Below, in pieces: positions 1-12,386 of a stretch of 64,000 nucleotides of DNA. Below the pieces are notes generated by a model. That model did no database searches, was not told where the DNA came from, and saw only the letters and a list, made by a program, of their open reading frames with translations. Source of the DNA: a virus; IMG/VR virus record IMGVR_UViG_3300032322_002570, positions 1 to 64,000 of that record; one strand, 5' to 3'. The translations under genes and the position numbers were made by a program. Within the stretch, counting starts at the first letter, position 1, and each line of letters opens with the position of its first letter.

Positions 1-467
1 CGCTGAACCGTGACATGAGACACGCCATACCGGGCGGCCACAGCCCTGCTGCCATTTCCTGACCCCGGCCGCTCGCGTCCCTCCACTAAACCAAGCTTCC
101 TGATCTCGCGCACCTGCTCTTCGGTGAGTTTCGCGTTCCAGTGACCTTCTCCCGGTGCTATACGGGGCTGCGGGCGATCTCCCCACTCCAAATTCTCCAG
201 TGTGTTGTCCGCTCGGTCACCATTAAGGTGAATAGCAAACTCCCTGCCCATCGGCTTGCGCACGAAGGTACTGAGTGCAAGTCTTGCCAGCGACAGGGGA
301 GACCCTTTGCCGCGCACGGGGTCCACCATGTAGATAACAAGATGACCTCGCCCCGTTTTGTACGGCTTGAGGACCCTACCGCTGGAGACCTGTTTCACGC
401 GACCATGGTCACTAACGAGGTACAGACCTTCATAGCCAGGAATCGGAAGCCACCGCTCTTCAGCCAT
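1..467 (-). CDS. NUMOD4-HNH-like protein, degenerate, truncated by the window edge (not in the ORF track)
   Basis: Manual translation from ATG 467: MAEERWLPIPGYEGLYLVSDHGRVK (NUMOD4) ... LARLALSTF ... IHLNGDRADNTLENLEW ... GEGHWNAKLTEEQVREIR (HTH tail). Confidence 0.8.
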   Translation of the reverse strand, partial: MAEERWLPIPGYEGLYLVSDHGRVKQVSSGRVLKPYKTGRGHLVIYMVDPVRGKGSPLSLARLALSTFVRKPMGREFAIHLNGDRADNTLENLEWGDRPQPRIAPGEGHWNAKLTEEQVREIRKLGLVEGRERPGSGNGSRAVAARYGVSHVTVQ

Positions 468-683
468 GCTCACGGTCCGCTCCGTCGTCCGCTAGCGCCG
501 CCTTGATACGACCCTCAAGATCCATCCAGGCATCAAACGCCGCGTTGTCGCGGTCATAGGGCGACAGCCCGGAGAAGTTGTACTTCCCTTCACCGCGCCG
601 GTAGGCGAGCACCTCCTTGCAGAGCTCCTTGAACGTGTGCATTGCGTCGTCGACCAAAGCTCTCAAGATCCTCCACTATAGCA

Positions 684-1226
684 TCAATCCCGAACATGGA
701 TCCACGACCTGCGAGACCTGATCGCCAGGAACGTCGTCTTGCTGATGCCGTAGTCGACACAGGCCTTACTGCCTGGCCGTGTATCCCTCCGGATACGACG
801 CACATCAGCCTCCGTCATGACCGCCATCGGGTTGTCCTCTCCTAGCGCGATGCTGCCACGCTTCTTTCTGAGCTCCCACTGCTGATTCTTATCTAGCCAC
901 CTCAGGTTGCTGACGCAGACGTTCTCCTTGCGGCCATCGATGTAGTGCACGGTGTACCCCTTCTTGTGCCGAGGCGCAGGCAGAAACGCTTCTGTCACGA
1001 GCCTGGCAACAGAGCGCCAGTACCCACGCCCGCCCTTGCAGAGGCGCACGACAAGGTACGTCCCGTCCTCGCTGAGCCTGGGCTGCAGGAGCCGCCCTTC
1101 TATCGTCTGATGGGTTCGATCGCGCTTATGGACAACGCGCCCAACCGACCGCACGCGCCCTCTGTCGCTGACCTGATGGCTGTCCTCAAAGCCAACAACC
1201 GGCCTCCACTGCTCTGCCTGCTTCAT
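684..1226 (-). CDS. NUMOD4-HNH-like protein, degenerate active site
   Basis: WRPVVGFEDSHQVSDRGRVRS (NUMOD4); VARLV...VHYIDGRKENVCVSNLRW; GEDNPMAVMTEADVRRIR. Start moved to ATG 1226, which overlaps the upstream stop. Confidence 0.8.
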   Translation of the reverse strand: MKQAEQWRPVVGFEDSHQVSDRGRVRSVGRVVHKRDRTHQTIEGRLLQPRLSEDGTYLVVRLCKGGRGYWRSVARLVTEAFLPAPRHKKGYTVHYIDGRKENVCVSNLRWLDKNQQWELRKKRGSIALGEDNPMAVMTEADVRRIRRDTRPGSKACVDYGISKTTFLAIRSRRSWIHVRD

Positions 1227-1969
1227 TGGAGCCTCCCGATGGTCTTCTCTAGTACCGTGTCTGCAATCCCAACACGGTGCTCTTGTTGCTCTGCAGTGAA
1301 CGGCACCGTCTTCGCCGGCCGATCCATCAGGGCTGCCTTGATCCACCCGAGCGCGTGGGACCAATCCTCGGCATGGGGCTCTAGCCCCGCCCTGAAGGCC
1401 TCCAGGATCGCCTCACCCGGGTCACCGCGACCAAACACATCAGACGCCACGAACCGCGTCGGTACCTCATTGCGATCCCGGCAGTACAGTGCCCGCTCCG
1501 CGTACAGTAACGCCTTCAGCCGCTTACTGATCACCAGCGACTTGCTGATCGCCTTGTTGTAGTGCCCCACGGCAATCCCATGGTAGTGCCACGCCGCCAT
1601 GCTGGGCTCCCACAGTTTCAGAAGTGCCTCCCTGAGCGCATTGCAGAAGTAGTTATCATAGAAGTACACTGGACAGGTCATCATCCATTCCAGTGGCTGC
1701 ACGTTGCCCTTGAGCAGCGCAAGCCGCAGCACCTTTCTGATGTCCCAGCCGACCATATCGATCGGATGCTCCATCCGCTCAATCGTCTCCGGCCATCCCT
1801 TGAGCGACAGGTAGTCACGCGGCTCACCACAGTAGATGAACCGCACATCGTAGTCACTGTCTTCACGACTCATGCCCCACGCCCTGGAGCCCGACTCCCA
1901 GGCCCCGATCAACACGATGTTCTTTTCGCGCGTCAGGTCGCGCAGCTTTTGCCCGATCAGATCTTCCAT
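1223..1969 (-). CDS. Pol-beta superfamily nucleotidyltransferase (YcgL/NrdC.11-like)
   Basis: ESGSRAWG...DSDYDVRFIY motif; GWDIRK; KGN...EW. Confidence 0.85.
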   Translation of the reverse strand: MEDLIGQKLRDLTREKNIVLIGAWESGSRAWGMSREDSDYDVRFIYCGEPRDYLSLKGWPETIERMEHPIDMVGWDIRKVLRLALLKGNVQPLEWMMTCPVYFYDNYFCNALREALLKLWEPSMAAWHYHGIAVGHYNKAISKSLVISKRLKALLYAERALYCRDRNEVPTRFVASDVFGRGDPGEAILEAFRAGLEPHAEDWSHALGWIKAALMDRPAKTVPFTAEQQEHRVGIADTVLEKTIGRLQ

Positions 1970-2388
1970 TAAACCGTCTCCAAGATTGGACTGAAGTAGG
2001 GCCCCTTGACCCTTGCGCTCGCCTGGAAACAGGCATCAGCCTCCGCAAGTGTCAGGTCCTGCTCGATTGTAAGCGACGTGTCAATCCAGATCCTGATCAG
2101 ACTCCCAGGCGGCAGTGAACACACCCTCGGCCTGTAGTACCGCGTCAATAGAATGTCCATATCCGCAGGCAAGTCAAGCTTGTAACCAAGGCGGCCATCC
2201 CTGATCTTGCCATCCATCAAGTCCTGGAAGAGGTACTCACGACCCTCTTTTGAGAGTGAGAGCTCAAGCGCAATGTCACCCGCGTACACGTAACTCACGC
2301 GGCGCAGTCGTAGCGCATCAGCTAATCGCCTTCGTGTGCCAGGGTTAGGCATCGGATCACGTGGCTTCTGTCCGATCAGGCTTTCCAT
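1969..2388 (-). CDS. Hypothetical protein, paralog of 2388-2807
   Basis: 139 aa; C-terminus DILLTRYY...PGSLIRI...GPYFSPILETV matches the neighbour. Confidence 0.6.
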   Translation of the reverse strand: MESLIGQKPRDPMPNPGTRRRLADALRLRRVSYVYAGDIALELSLSKEGREYLFQDLMDGKIRDGRLGYKLDLPADMDILLTRYYRPRVCSLPPGSLIRIWIDTSLTIEQDLTLAEADACFQASARVKGPYFSPILETV

Positions 2389-2807
2389 CAGACAGTCCTC
2401 AGAAGTGGACTCTTGTAGGGCCCCTCGACAGTCAGATCGAGATGCACAGGAACCTCGTCGATGTAAAAGGCCTGGGCTACGGTAAAAGTCTCGCCCTCCT
2501 GGACGACTAGCCTGACGAGCCGTCCAGGGGCAACCACATTGACATGCACATCGTAGTAGTCCAGCAGCAGGTCATCCATGCTGACCACCTCCTGAAACTT
2601 CACAGTACGCTTCAGCATCTCCACGATTGCCTCGGCCAGTAGCGATCTGGCCCGCTTGTTCGGCTTGAGCTCGATCGATCGAGGACTGACTTCGAGCACA
2701 TCCCGATCAGGACACGCACCCTTCGGCCAACTGCCTCGCAGAAACTCATTGAATCCGTCACTGGTCTGCCTCCAGGATGATACTTCACTCATTGGCATGA
2801 CTGACAC
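2388..2807 (-). CDS. Hypothetical protein, paralog of 1969-2388
   Basis: 139 aa; DLLLDYY...PGRLVRL...GPYKSPLLRTV. Confidence 0.6.
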   Translation of the reverse strand: MSVMPMSEVSSWRQTSDGFNEFLRGSWPKGACPDRDVLEVSPRSIELKPNKRARSLLAEAIVEMLKRTVKFQEVVSMDDLLLDYYDVHVNVVAPGRLVRLVVQEGETFTVAQAFYIDEVPVHLDLTVEGPYKSPLLRTV

Positions 2808-5800
2808 CTGGTAGTAAGATCCGTGAGACCGACCACCAGTGCCAGGTAGCCCGTGGCCGCGAGTGAGAGTTGAAGCAGCACAACACTGGAATCGGGGGAC
2901 ACCCGTTTACGGTCAACGCAGTGCTGCAGGATAAAGTCGACGTACAGTGGGATGGGCAGTATCAGCAGGATGGCAAGGAACCCACCCGCAGCCTCCTGAA
3001 CCGCCGAAGGTTCACAGCCCATCACCACCTCCCACCCCGAGAGATGTCTGCGGCGGAGAACCTCATAGCGCAGCCGCAGGTCAGGCCGATCGCAAGCGAG
3101 AACGGAACCCGCCAGAGAGAATCGCCGGCCGGGATGGCGCTGGTGATCCAGGCAAGAAAGACCCAGGCTGCAGAAGAAAAGACGAGCAAGGACATAATGC
3201 GGATCACAGAAGTTCATCGCGAATGGACTCGACGGCGCTGTACAGGACATAGCCCGCAGCGCATCCGACCGACAGATACCATAGCACGTCCTGGGCGCTG
3301 AGAGGCCCGCATGTGGTCGGCGTGTAGATCACGAGGTAAAACGGCAGTCCGAGCATGGCCACCAGGCGGGCGGCAGTGAAGACGGGAGTCATGGATCTAT
3401 TGCATGTTGTGCGGTTCAACAATACACCTGGGACCTCCCATGAAGGGGTATTGTCCGCTACCGCAGACACTCAGAACACCTCCTCGATCACTTGCGCGAT
3501 CACGTCAAACGGCACACCATTGTCGTTCAACTGCGCCAGCGTGTATTGTCCAAACCAGGCCTCCTTGATTTCCTGATTCACGGGTTACACCACGGATACC
3601 CGGGAATCCTAGCACGGCAGCGGGTCCCCCGCCCTGCGCGTTTCAGCCGCCAGCCCTCTTCCTCGCCTTTGGGTTGGCCGACACGCCCTCAGGGAACTGG
3701 TGCCCGATCAGTCGCTGCTTCGCGCCCTCCTGGAGCTCCTCCCGCCTGATGCGCTCGGACTCATTCATGTTGCGGCGCATCGCCTGCTCCGCATCTTCGG
3801 GTGACATCTTGGCCGCGCGATTGATCACCGCCATCTTAGCAGACACCCTTCCCTCCTCGATCGGCCATTCCACCGTATAGGAGTTAACCTCTGGGAACGC
3901 CTCAATCCTGCTGTAGTTCGGGTTCTGGCCTACGGCGCGCAGGAAGACGCTGCGCCTGGTTGTCCATAGTTCCAGAATCCCCTGCGACTCGTCCCACGTC
4001 CACGATGTCTCATAGTAACGCTTCTCCGCCGGCATAAGATCACTGCATCTACCCCATACTACGCTGACGATAGCAGAAAACTTACACCAGGCCACTACTA
4101 CACCGCTAGACGCATCACCACATCCCCGACTCGCCCTAGAATGCGTTACTGGCCGCTCGGCCGTTGTTCCCTGAATCTTTCGATGAATGGCTCGTTTGGC
4201 ATATACCCTAGTCCCTTGCGCACCTCGTTCAAGTAGGACTCAATCGACTCCACATAGCCCAGCATGTAGGCCGGGTTTTCGCGGATCCAGTCGATCGCCT
4301 TCTGCGTGGCCTCATCCATGGCTACTGCACGGCAAGAGGCCGGGGTACTCGTGCTCATGCCCTGGGACATTCACCAGGACATGGTAGCGCCCGCCACCGC
4401 CAGACACCAGGCCCGGCAGCCTGCGCTCCCTGTCCATGAGTTTGACCATCTCGAAGATGCGCCAGATCGGCGTATGCGCCGGCACATGAAACTCGGCGCT
4501 GTCATAGTACTTGCCGCTGGGCTTGAAGTACTGGAGTTCAACCTTCTGCTCGCCATCAGTCATCACCACCCTCCAGGGCCTTGTCGGACTTCAGCCAGGA
4601 AAGGAACTTGGCGAGCTCCGGGTTGCGGCGAGCAAAGGTATTCCAGTAGCGATAGACATCTTGAGGCTCCGCCTTCCGGAAAGACGTTCCCTGCTCCGCC
4701 CAGTGCCGATCGAACTGATCAATCAGGGCCTGGTCAAACCGCGCCTTGATCCTGTCGAGCAGGGCCTCCTCGCGGTTGCGGTTGATGATGTCTCGAACGG
4801 TGGTGAACTCATCCATCGCGGGCCTCCCTCGGCGCCTGGCAGTCTTCATAGTACAGCCTCCCCAGCCAGTATGCAAGCAGCCTGGGATCCTCTTCGTTGG
4901 CACGGAAACGGTAGCGGTTTATTGCTTCACTCATCGGAAACACCGTCAATCGCTTCATGCAGGGCCCACGCCTTGTCAGCGAGCTTGATTGCCTCCTTGG
5001 CGCTGCTAGTAAGCTCCCCATGAAAGGCCAGGCCGCCAACCAGGAGGTAAACATGATCGCCCAGAGCCTTGAGCAGAGCCGAAGCCTCGGCGAGCCTTAG
5101 ATCCACCCCGGACTCCTCGAGAATCTCTTCCGGTTTCGTTGGTTTTGTCACGGAATCTCGTTGGCCATGCCGCTGACTGACCCCAATCCTATCACAACAC
5201 CAGCCTGGTAGCGAAACTGGCAGGAGCCCCTGGGGTTGTCGCAGTGACGCCGCAGCCAGGCCTTCGCCGCATCCGGCGGGAACTCCGCCCGGGTGTGCAG
5301 CATGCAGTTCCGCGACTTACCACAGGCCTCGCAGATCACAGTGGGGTTACTCCTCATGACAGATCCTCGGGGTGGCGGTGCGTCGCTCTGCGCCATGTTA
5401 GGAACGCCCGGGTAATCGGGGTTCTCGGCGCAGGCCTCCCCTAGGAGTTCCCATAGTGGTTTGCGTTGTTCATTCATTAGCTTCAGTCTCATCGTTGATT
5501 GGCGCCGCCCACTCAGGCCATACATCTGTCTCGCGTCCATCATCCAGCCGAACACGGATGCTGCCGTTCTGATGCAAGGCAATAACCGTAGATGCAAACT
5601 GCCCTGCAATTAACAGCCTGTCTCCTAGCTTGACTTTCGCTGATTGTTCAGTCATCGATGCCCCCTTCAGCCGCTCAGCGGCGGCACGGGACGTGGGGCG
5701 CCACTGCCCGCCCCTGCCAGTGGTGGCGATCCAGCAACTTTACGGGCTTGCATCTTCAGGGTAGCCACTCCACGAGTACAGCCATAGGCTCCACCCCCGC

Positions 5801-6734
5801 CGGCACCAGACATCTCACATGGCAGGCACCTGAGTATGGACTCAACCACGTCCTCACGGCCATCGGGGCTATGGTAACGGATCTCGTACTCGACCTCGAC
5901 AGTGATCTTCTCTTTAGTCATGTCGCCACCCCGGAATCACTTTTCTCCATATCATCAGCAGCGAGGTTCAGGGCTTTTGCCAGCGTCCTCAGCCCAAGTG
6001 GTGTCCCAAACGTCACTGCAAACTTGCCGAACCATCCCTCGCTATCTCCTCCTGGCTCCGTCCCGAGCTCGACCAAGGATGGATCATCCGGCAATGGACG
6101 CACGACGACATAACCCTCATTGATCCAGACCTTGTAGCTCGTCTCTAGCAGTGATTCGGACATCAGGAATCTTCCCCGTGGTTCAGCCACAATGGTAGCA
6201 GCCTCAGCCGGATACGGCAAGAGCTCCAGCCCATCGCCGTAGTACGTGCCACTGGCGGCAGCGCTGAGCGCGTCCAGCACCCGGGTGTCCGCATCCAGAG
6301 CCCCGCAGACCTGATACAGAGCCCCGCATAGACCACGAAGCCGCTCAAGTTCCTCCAAGGCTGACTGACACTCGCCGAGAGCGGTGATCTCCTGCAGCGT
6401 CTGCTCCCGCTCCTTCCATTTGGCGCCCTCGTGGAACGCGTACTCAAACTGCTCCACCGATGGGACCTCGCCATCAGGGTACCGCTCCATGGCGTCGCGT
6501 ATTACCCTCCAGTTTGCTTGCTGGCTCATGGCCTACCCTTCTCCTCGGCTAGTAGTACCTGGTGCATGTTAGGCAGCCACTTCCGGTCAGTACCACCTCC
6601 ATCATCGATCAGCACATTCTTACCCTGCACATCCAGCAGGGCAGCCCGCCTGACTGCATAGTTGCCACGGTGCGTGTCGTAGTCGTCGAGCCACTCGATC
6701 TCGCGACCGACGAGTTTCCTGAGTTCAGAGGCTT

Positions 6735-7148
6735 TCATGCGTCGTCCGGCAGGGCCTCGAGGGCGCGACGGATCTTTTCGATCGCTTCCTTGGTGAAACC
6801 CCAGACGATTGGCTGCCCGGCGTGCTTTAGCGCATTAGGGGTTTCCATCGCCTCCAGAGCCTGCTGCTTGAGGCTGGGCGATCTGGGGCGCATGGCCTCC
6901 TGCATGGCAATCGCCATCTCCTGACGTTGGCGAAGTGACACCTCTGGGTAGCAGGCCGAGTCAATCGACGTAACTCGATCAGAATTATCGAGCCACTCAA
7001 GGCAACGTAATAGTTGCTGATCAGCACCCCACGCCGCAGCGGCGCGAAAGCCATCGAAGTAAGAGCCATTAGACGAAGCAAGGAGTTTTTCAATGTCCTC
7101 GTCCGATGGAACAGGCACGCCCGAGGCGGGAACAGATAGTTCAGTCAT
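6735..7148 (-). CDS. Phage hypothetical protein (GADxQL...PSLKQxAL family), paralog of 7141-7455
   Basis: AAAWGADQQL...RPRSPSLKQQALE...IRRALEALPD; start moved to ATG 7148. Confidence 0.65.
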   Translation of the reverse strand: MTELSVPASGVPVPSDEDIEKLLASSNGSYFDGFRAAAAWGADQQLLRCLEWLDNSDRVTSIDSACYPEVSLRQRQEMAIAMQEAMRPRSPSLKQQALEAMETPNALKHAGQPIVWGFTKEAIEKIRRALEALPDDA

Positions 7149-7455
7149 TTGGAAGTGTCTCCAGGGCTTGAAGGATGGCTGACGCAGTGAAGCCTGAACC
7201 GGTCTCTGCATGCAACTCATCCATGATCATATCGAGTTCATCCAGCGCACGCTGCTTGAGGCTCGGCGGCCTGGGACACGCGGCAGTCTTGAGGTTGTCC
7301 GCGATCAGGGCGCCATCCGGGTGGGTAAACGTCAAATAGTCCACGGACCACTGCAATTGTGCGTCGGCTCCCGCCGCATAGGCAGATCTCATGGCATTAC
7401 CAACTCCACCGCTGGCGGCCCAATGTTTCAGTTCCTGGACGGTGGGCTCGAGCAC
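7141..7455 (-). CDS. Phage hypothetical protein, paralog of 6735-7148
   Basis: YAAGADAQL...CPRPPSLKQRALDE...ILQALETLPND. Confidence 0.65.
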   Translation of the reverse strand: MLEPTVQELKHWAASGGVGNAMRSAYAAGADAQLQWSVDYLTFTHPDGALIADNLKTAACPRPPSLKQRALDELDMIMDELHAETGSGFTASAILQALETLPND

Positions 7456-8082
7456 CGACTAGCCGGGCCCGCGATCAACCGAGCGAGCAACTAGCTCATC
7501 GCGCTCATCGATCCACGCCTGCGGCGCAGTCCTCCCGGCGCTGGTGTAGCGATCGATGGCCTCGTGGATCTCTTCAAGACGCTGCCTATCATGGACCGCG
7601 CGCGGCTTCAGGCCGAGGGGTGGTTTCTTCAGGTCAGTCATGCCAGTACCCCTGCGGATCAGCGATGGGAAGGTGGCCGTACCTCTTGAGGCAGTGAGCC
7701 CCATAGGCTTCGTAGATCATGGTCTTGTCGCCCAGAGCAAGGTAGTTGATCATATCATACATCTCCTCGATAGCCTCCAGGGCGTCCCAGAGATCGTCAA
7801 GGAGCGGTTCTTCGAGAAGGTTGTTGTCGGCGTCTACGCAGTGACGGTAGCTTCCTGCCATGTCAGGTTTTCGGTTGAACAGCCAACCTTAGCATCTCCC
7901 TGGCCGTCTGCGCAATCAGTTCGAGCTCTTCGGGGTCAACGCGGATCCGCTGCTCGCCATCGTTGCCGATCTCCCGGCACTGCTCGAGCACGATGAAAAA
8001 GCCGCCGGCCTCGTCGTCCAGACGAACCCTGGTGGCCGACTCTCCGTAGACCGGGTTTTCACCCACCCGGTGCACGGTGACT

Positions 8083-8775
8083 TCAGTCGTTGTTGTCGTG
8101 TAGTTCGCCATGAGGAAGCAGAGGCAGCGGCTTCCATGCTACCACATTTTCCATCGTATGGCCACCGCTATCGCTGATCACCCACAGTTCCTCGAACGGG
8201 TCGTCGTCAAAAGAATCCCACACGCGATAGACGCCAACACGGATACGCTTGCCATCACTGATCAGCACCTCTTCCGAGTCGGAGAACAGATACGGGTTTT
8301 CCTCGACCAGGCGAGGAGGGCGCGTTGCGGGGATCCATTCGCTGGCTGTCGTCACGGGTCGTACCGATGAAGTTCCTCGAGCATAGCACCAAACCGCTTC
8401 TCGATGTGGCACGGGATGGCAGCCTGGGCCATTGACGCAGCCTTCGTACCAGAAGTGGATCCTGCAACCGGTTCCAGCCTCACCCTCCCGGTAGAAAGCA
8501 ACCTGCCGAGAACCCGGGTACCTCTTAGCAGCCTTCCTCAGGGTTTTGCCGGTGTTCTGAGCAGTGTCAACCACCAGGATGTCCCCTGGCGGGCAGTCAG
8601 CGATCTCGCCAAACGGCAGGAACGCCGCACCCCAGAGATGCGAAGCATAGACGCTGGCAATGGCGCCACTGCGCCCGGGGCCGGTGACAAAGAGCGGCCC
8701 GTCTTCAGAGGATGGCCTGAAGGTCCCCCTGAGGCTCCGGACGTACTTACGAAATTCGGGTTCGGTGATAATCAT
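8083..8775 (-). CDS. Phosphoribosyltransferase-like domain fused to a DUF551-like domain
   Basis: VTGPGRSG...ILVVDTAQNTGKTL resembles the PRPP-binding loop; C-terminal EWIPATRPP...VLISDG...VVAWKPLP. Confidence 0.55.
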   Translation of the reverse strand: MIITEPEFRKYVRSLRGTFRPSSEDGPLFVTGPGRSGAIASVYASHLWGAAFLPFGEIADCPPGDILVVDTAQNTGKTLRKAAKRYPGSRQVAFYREGEAGTGCRIHFWYEGCVNGPGCHPVPHREAVWCYARGTSSVRPVTTASEWIPATRPPRLVEENPYLFSDSEEVLISDGKRIRVGVYRVWDSFDDDPFEELWVISDSGGHTMENVVAWKPLPLLPHGELHDNND

Positions 8776-11700
8776 GGGTGACGATAATGATCTTGTGTGA
8801 TGCCATGGTCGAAACTGTTTCGTTCAGCCTGAATCCTATCATAAGCCGCTGCGGCTTGCAACCGCGTCGTCTCGATTCCCTCCCGCGCCTGGATCGCGAT
8901 AATGGTTCTCACACTCAATTCGCGCCGCTGCACGAGATCCGCCAGGATGGCGCGAATGTCGACCCTGCGACTGGTGAGACTCGCGAGACCAGATTTGCGA
9001 TAATGACCTCTTTTCCCTTGAGCGGGCTTGGCAGTTTCGAGTATCGGGCGAACATCTCTTGCCTTTCCAGATCAGTCGGATCGGGCAGTATCGTGAGGCC
9101 AAGATGACCTGGATCGTGCTCGTCATCCCAGAAGCGCTGATCCAGCACCTTTTCCCTAAGCCAAGGCTCAACAGCGCGCATCACATTGGGCAGCATGTGC
9201 GTCATCAGCCCGGATTCACCGATAATGGTTTCCAAGTCTTCGTAGACGCACTCGATGCCTGTATAAAGGCGACCGGTGGTCAGATTTCTCAGTCTTTGGT
9301 TTTCGATCTGCATGTAGGCTTGAGTGGGAACAGGTTCACCCTATCACAGGAATCGACCAGTGCGGCAGCCAGTGGGTGCACTGCCTCCACCATGGGGCTC
9401 TCAGGGCAACGACCGGATGGAGTCGACGCCAGACATCCTCGTCCCCGAACCGGAACCAGCAACGCCCCTCTTCGTCAAGGGCGTAGTCATAAGGCCTCAT
9501 CTCGTCCAGCGGTACTGGAATCCACTCCCGCCCATGGGCCGGCGTGATCCTGCGCAACAGATCGATCTCGGCCTTGAGCCGCCTGTTCTCCTCCAGGACC
9601 TCGTCGATATCAGTCATGTCGGCAGAACCTCGCTGATGTCAGCGATGCCGGGTGTCTCCAACCTGGGGGACCGTGGCGCCACAGACAGGGCACTTGGTAG
9701 CCGGCACGAAGTCGAGTTCAGGGTACGCAAGCCAGACAGCCTTACCGGTGTCAACCGAGCCGTCTGCCTTGCGGATGTCATCATCGGTCGGGAAGTCCAT
9801 CACCGATCGATTCAGGACGACGCCGCAACGGCAGGAATACAGGTCCATCAGAATTTGCCTCCAAGAAGATGAAACAGGCCAATGCAGGTCACGGTAGCAC
9901 CAATGTACTCAATGGTGGTCGGCGCGTCGCCCTTGATCGCGAGGAGTGTCCCGTAGACGACCATAGCGCAGTAGAGATACTTCATGGCGGTCAGTCTACG
10001 CTACTGGGGCCAGGGAGGTCAACCCGCCTGCAGCGAGCCTCGCGGCGCTGCTTCTTCGCCCTTGCGATTAGCTCCTTGGCTTGCTCCAGCAGGGCGTTCA
10101 CCTTCCCTGGATCCCCAGCCGCTATAATGAGTCCGAGCCGCAACGTGTTCGCGGTCTTGCGGTAACCAAGTCGGTCAAGTTTTGCCGCCTTGTTGCAGAC
10201 GCGCTTTTCGAGTCTGGTCAACTTGACCATCAGAACCCCCTACGATCGCGCTCGATCTGCTCCTTACACTCAAGACAGGCGCCAAGAACGGCCATGCTCA
10301 CAAAGATTAAGAAAAGCAGAAGAAGCAGCCCCAGCAAAGGGCTGACCGCAACAGTTTCCAGCACCGCAACGGCACACAGCGCCAGCCCGAACATCGCGCC
10401 CACATAAACAACGGCCCAGGCGATTCCGGTCCTGACACCCCGAAGTGCTACGCGCACCAGGCGCCGTCTGCGCTCACTCGTCATCGGCCTCTGCCTCCTT
10501 CCGCTCGTGGAGCTCAGCCAGCACGGTGGACTCCATGCACAGGTCGAAGGCCGCCAGGACCAGCCCACCGATCATCCTGGCGTAGGTCTCGTTACCGGCG
10601 CCACGTACCTCGTCGATCAGCGCACCGAGTCGATCCGGGAAGTCGGAGTCGGGCGTGCTGTTCAGGATCGCCACGACCTGTTCGACCGGGACCGGGGTGC
10701 CGTCACACAGGATGACGGTCCCGTCGTCCATGATGCCTTCGCTCCATCGTCCTTCATTCGCCATTGTGCTCAGTGCTGCAACGAAAGGATCATAGCACAT
10801 CAGCATCGCGCATCGCCTTGATCTCTTCCCGGGTGGCGAGCCTGCGACGTCCCATCGCCTCACGGACCAGGACGGGCTCCTTTCCTCGCCACTTCTTCGC
10901 GGTCGATTCCGGGTAGACCCGTGGGGTGTTGCCATTCCACGAGGCAGTCACGCGTCGGCGCTCCAAGTCCACATCAATGATCTTCACCGGCCATACGGCG
11001 ACCGAAGTCATCGTCGTGTTGCCCATCTTGGTTTTCCCGACGTCATAGACGATCATACCAGGCTTCAGTTTTTCGAGCTTCATGGTAGCAATCTTTTGAC
11101 GTGATGAGCGAGTTCTTCAAACATGCCTAGAAGTGTTAGGAATTGCCTGCAGTGCTCAATAGCAACCAAACGCAGTTCTTTGATGTCGTCAATTTTTCAA
11201 GATCTCGCGTCCACCGTTCAAGGGTTAACTTCTTTTCTAGTGTCAGCTCGCGGACGTCCGGCATGCTTCAGTCCTGCAAAGACGACATCCTACCACGGAC
11301 CCTGGTCAACAGGTCCTCCAGGCGCGTGATCCTGGGGATTGTCCTGGCGCTACCCGGCAGCCCGTCGCGGCTCAGTGAGGCCCGGGTGACAGCAAGCTCT
11401 TCCTCGAGCTCGTCCTGCAGATCGCTCAGCAGAGTCAGTAATTGCTCGTCTGCGCACTGCATCACGAGGCTGTAATTGAGAAACGCATCTTTTGGATCGC
11501 CATCGTACAGACCTCGACTGGCTGCCTCAAGGACCCACTCAATGTCTGGACCAAGGCCCGATGCCACGCAGATCGGTTTCAGGACGCCACACAGGGCACG
11601 CAGGCGGGCGACCTCGGCCTGCTCGTGCCTCAGCGCATCCTCCGCCTGGGCCAGTGAGAAGCGAGCGCGATTCTGAGCCCACCGGGCAAAGTCTCCATCA

Positions 11701-12386
11701 CTGGAGAAGTACTCGGCGTCATACCGTCGCGCCTGGGCGATGTTTTTGAGCTCCTGGATTGCGATCCGGGCCGCTTCGTTGTCGGTGTTCATGGCGTCAG
11801 TGTTCATGGCGTCAGCCAGGGGCAGTCTAGGAATTCGTTGACACTGGCTTCCTGCGGCTCGCTGATGGTCTTGTTGCCGCGTAGCACAGGCAGCGCGGCG
11901 CGGACCCCCTCCAGCGCGCGATGGGCGTCAGCGGCTTCTGGCGCATTGGCCGGCACCCACTCCAGGGTCCCGTTCAGCGCGATGGCGCACTGGTTCAACA
12001 GCTTGATCACATCAGCATTTTCCATGATAGCCATTGCGAAGGGTGGGGGTGATCAAGAGTCAAGGCTTTCGAAATCATGTCTCGGGTCGAACCAGTCATC
12101 CCGAAGGAAATGGCCAATCGCTTTGACGCTGGCGTCATCTCCGAGAGCTCGAACCGGTTTCCCTGGTAACTGGTCCCAGTGGCTGGCACCCGACACTTCT
12201 AGCACCCGCCAAATGAAGTGCCCAGCGCGAATACCAGCCACGTCACTTCCGGGCCGGTAAAGAGAAAACCCGCCAAAGGACTGGACACAGGAACCGTAAT
12301 CGAGATCAATCCAGGCGGTTAGAACACCATGGTCCCCCATGGTCAACCTCGCCGAGCGGATGATTGTGTTTTTGATGTCGGCCACT

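Larger units (their letters stand above)
2808..12385 (-). other. Dense minus-strand cluster of small phage early/accessory hypothetical genes
   Basis: Successive short minus-strand ORFs, many with overlapping stop/start codons (e.g. 4312-4569, 4556-4903, 4927-5151, 5667-5921, 5918-6529, 6526-6738, 7863-8111, 8915-9313, 10790-11083, 11268-11807, 11804-12034, 12053-12385). Confidence 0.75.
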
